From a virus (taxonomy: Duplodnaviria; Caudoviricetes): 46,974 nucleotides of DNA. Below, in pieces: positions 44,986-46,974 of this stretch (position 1 is the stretch's first letter; every line of letters starts with the position of its first letter). The notes under the pieces were generated by a model. It saw nothing but the letters and a program-made list of their open reading frames with translations, was not told the DNA's origin and did not search any database. The stretch spans positions 1-46,974 of the IMG/VR virus record IMGVR_UViG_3300038679_000353, one strand, 5' to 3'. The position numbers and the translations under genes were made by a program.

Positions 44986-45318
44986 ATGATCGTACAGATG
45001 GAGTTGGAACAGATTCTTTGGAAGTTCATTAAAGAATACTCGTATATGTTCAAAGACTCGTATATTCAGGAATACATTAAAAAAAATCGTGATCGATATG
45101 TTCAGTATCCTGCCCATGTTCTTGGAGATTACCTTTTTAAAGATATGGTTCAAGCAGAAAAAATTCGGGACTATTTTTCTAGTTGGATGCTCGATTACTT
45201 AGAGCGTCAGGAAAACTTCTCCATGCTCCTGGATCGCCTTGAAAAGAAGGACAAGCCTAAAGATGAAGATGATTTTGAGATACTTCCAGACACTTCTTTC
45301 TTAGACGAGGATGACTAA
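44986..45318 (+). CDS. Hypothetical protein
   Basis: 110 aa, AGGGG RBS, acidic tail. Confidence 0.55.
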   Translation: MIVQMELEQILWKFIKEYSYMFKDSYIQEYIKKNRDRYVQYPAHVLGDYLFKDMVQAEKIRDYFSSWMLDYLERQENFSMLLDRLEKKDKPKDEDDFEILPDTSFLDEDD

Positions 45319-45602
45319 TGGGTAATAATCGTAAGCCAACCCCGGAATACCTTCGGAAGAAGCTTGAAGAGAAGATAAACGAGCCAGTCATTTATTTTGA
45401 GGTTTTTACAGAAAAAGAAAAGCCTTCAAGGAGGAGCATCTATAATTTCAACACGTCCTATCTGACAGAGAAGGAGAAATACACGGTGGTCCTCTTTATC
45501 CCAAAGAGCGATGAGCTTTTTCTATGCTCTACAAGTCTTGCTGTTTTCGAACATGCTAAGGACGCTTATGTGTTTTTCACTTCATGCGGGGATGAAGGTT
45601 AG
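45318..45602 (+). CDS. Hypothetical protein
   Basis: 94 aa, TAATG coupling with the upstream gene, GAGG RBS. Confidence 0.5.
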   Translation: MGNNRKPTPEYLRKKLEEKINEPVIYFEVFTEKEKPSRRSIYNFNTSYLTEKEKYTVVLFIPKSDELFLCSTSLAVFEHAKDAYVFFTSCGDEG

Positions 45603-45621
45603 ATACATAATCTCACTGCAA

Positions 45622-46974
45622 TTAAGCAGATTTGCTCCTAAACCCTACAATATTCCCGAACGCCTCATCAGCTGCTTTGTTCAAAGTCCTTAACTGTCCT
45701 TCAAGCTCATGATTTGCATAGTGTTCCAGCATTTCAGTGGTAGCATGACCTGTTGCATGCTGAACAATTCTGGCATCGAGCTTTGCCGCAAGCTGGGCAG
45801 TAAAGTAATGCCTCCAAGAGTGAAAACACAGCCCTCGTTCTTTTATTTCTTTCTCCTTGATCCCGATCTTATTAAGTGCATCGTGTAAACCGTCCAGAAG
45901 AACCTTCCCGACGATCGGTTTATCGGGCAGAAGTCCATAGAAAATAAATCCGTTAGGACCATGAGGGTTAGAATCAACCAAAGCTATCAATTCTTTCCGA
46001 ATTGACGGGATAAGAGGAGCGATTCGTTCTTTTGATGTCTTTGTTCCTTTAAGTCCATCTTCCACCGACCATGAATGACGGACGAATATTCGGTCTTCTC
46101 CAATGTCTTCCCGACGCAAGGCTAGAACTTCCCCTGACCTCAGCCCGGAAGTCATGGAAAGTTTTGAAGCTAGCTTTGCCCTTTCATCTTTCCATTCGGT
46201 TTCAAAGACCTTCTTCGCCTCTGATTCCGTTAGGATTCCCCGCTTTCTCGCTTCACCAGAAAACCGCATGAGTCCTTTAGTCGGATCAACTGGAATTTCA
46301 TCGTGCATATATGCCCATTTAAGAGGCAAACACCCTGCATTCATTATTCCATTTATTGTCGCCGGAGAAATCTGCCGCTTCTTCGCAGCTGTATCCTGCT
46401 TCTTTCCACGAACCCCACCTACCTGCTTTTCAGCAAGCCATAGAGAAAAATCCCGGATATGCTTTCGCGTCACTTCACCGAGCTTTATTTCCTTGCCGAA
46501 GAACTCTTCCCAATACTTGATACGGTGTTGGCAATCGAGGGTATGGTAGCGGCCAATCCTTTGGCCGTGGAGTAGCTTTTCGCGGATATAAGATGATTTA
46601 TCAAAGTCCCAGAATGCTTTCTGGTATTCAATCAATCTTGCAGTTGCATCTGAATTCGTAACCAGGGCTGCTTCAATGTACTTGGTTTCTTTGAGGGTAC
46701 TAATGATTCGTTCGAGGTTTTCAGCTTTCAGCTTCTTATTGCGAACAATGTTCAAGAATGAGCTAATCGCCATCTCTTCTTGCAAGGTATTAGGAGCCTG
46801 GTCCGGTGTCTGGCAGATTCCGTTTCGCTTCCAGTCAGCAATAACGGCATAGGCTTCGCTCAAGGTCTTTTTTCGCGTGGATCGCTGCTCGCCGCGTATT
46901 CCTGTGACCGGGTCCCGGAATTGGACGTAGTAGACTCCATTTCGCGGATATACGGTAAATTCTTGATCTACCAA
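45622..46974 (-). CDS. int: Tyrosine recombinase / phage integrase
   Basis: SGLRSGE (R), GTKT (K), FHSWRH (HxxR), TGH and HY catalytic residues; start at the window edge, so uncertain. Confidence 0.95.
   Translation of the reverse strand: MVDQEFTVYPRNGVYYVQFRDPVTGIRGEQRSTRKKTLSEAYAVIADWKRNGICQTPDQAPNTLQEEMAISSFLNIVRNKKLKAENLERIISTLKETKYIEAALVTNSDATARLIEYQKAFWDFDKSSYIREKLLHGQRIGRYHTLDCQHRIKYWEEFFGKEIKLGEVTRKHIRDFSLWLAEKQVGGVRGKKQDTAAKKRQISPATINGIMNAGCLPLKWAYMHDEIPVDPTKGLMRFSGEARKRGILTESEAKKVFETEWKDERAKLASKLSMTSGLRSGEVLALRREDIGEDRIFVRHSWSVEDGLKGTKTSKERIAPLIPSIRKELIALVDSNPHGPNGFIFYGLLPDKPIVGKVLLDGLHDALNKIGIKEKEIKERGLCFHSWRHYFTAQLAAKLDARIVQHATGHATTEMLEHYANHELEGQLRTLNKAADEAFGNIVGFRSKSA

Larger units (their letters stand above)
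1312..46974. mobile_element. Temperate prophage with podovirus-like virion module, integrated in a tRNA(CAT) gene; right boundary lies just beyond the window
   Basis: att core at left, integrase at right, and repressor, replication, terminase, portal, capsid, tail and lysis genes between them; no tape-measure or tail-tube gene recognised. Confidence 0.9.

Overview
Almost the whole window (about 1312 to beyond 46974) is a temperate prophage with a podovirus-like (short-tailed) virion module. It is integrated into a CAT-anticodon tRNA gene. The duplicated tRNA 3' half (att core) lies at 1312-1353 and the tyrosine integrase is at the right edge. Left of the att are a truncated second integrase and a PD-(D/E)XK-like gene from a neighbouring island. 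The host is inferred to be a spirochaete, from the integrase N-terminus, a short MNxLNSILxEG SSB, an FISC lipobox and Treponema-type attC sequences. Modules from left to right: recombination/replication (NinG, Rep, Gp157, Xis-like, SSB, Sak4-like ATPase); an XRE repressor; an AT-rich C5-MTase/DUF4928/Vsr cassette plus an HNH-like gene; a leftward early cluster (ArdC, second SSB, RadC, small ORFs); a lipoprotein moron; a ~700-bp hairpin-dense non-coding region; RHH and TerS; two AT-rich genes; TerL, portal, capsid, adaptor, nozzle, ejection and fibre genes; lysis genes; and a right-end cargo cluster. The most notable observations are: (1) two apparent integron gene cassettes with decayed attC sites between terS and terL, encoding a divergent UDG-superfamily glycosylase and a HEPN-motif protein; (2) a candidate large structured ncRNA next to an ORF bracketed by a 28-bp inverted repeat; (3) a palindromic operator repeated across the prophage; (4) two almost fully overlapping spanin-like ORFs sharing one RBS. 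All family calls come from motif recognition by eye, not database searches.
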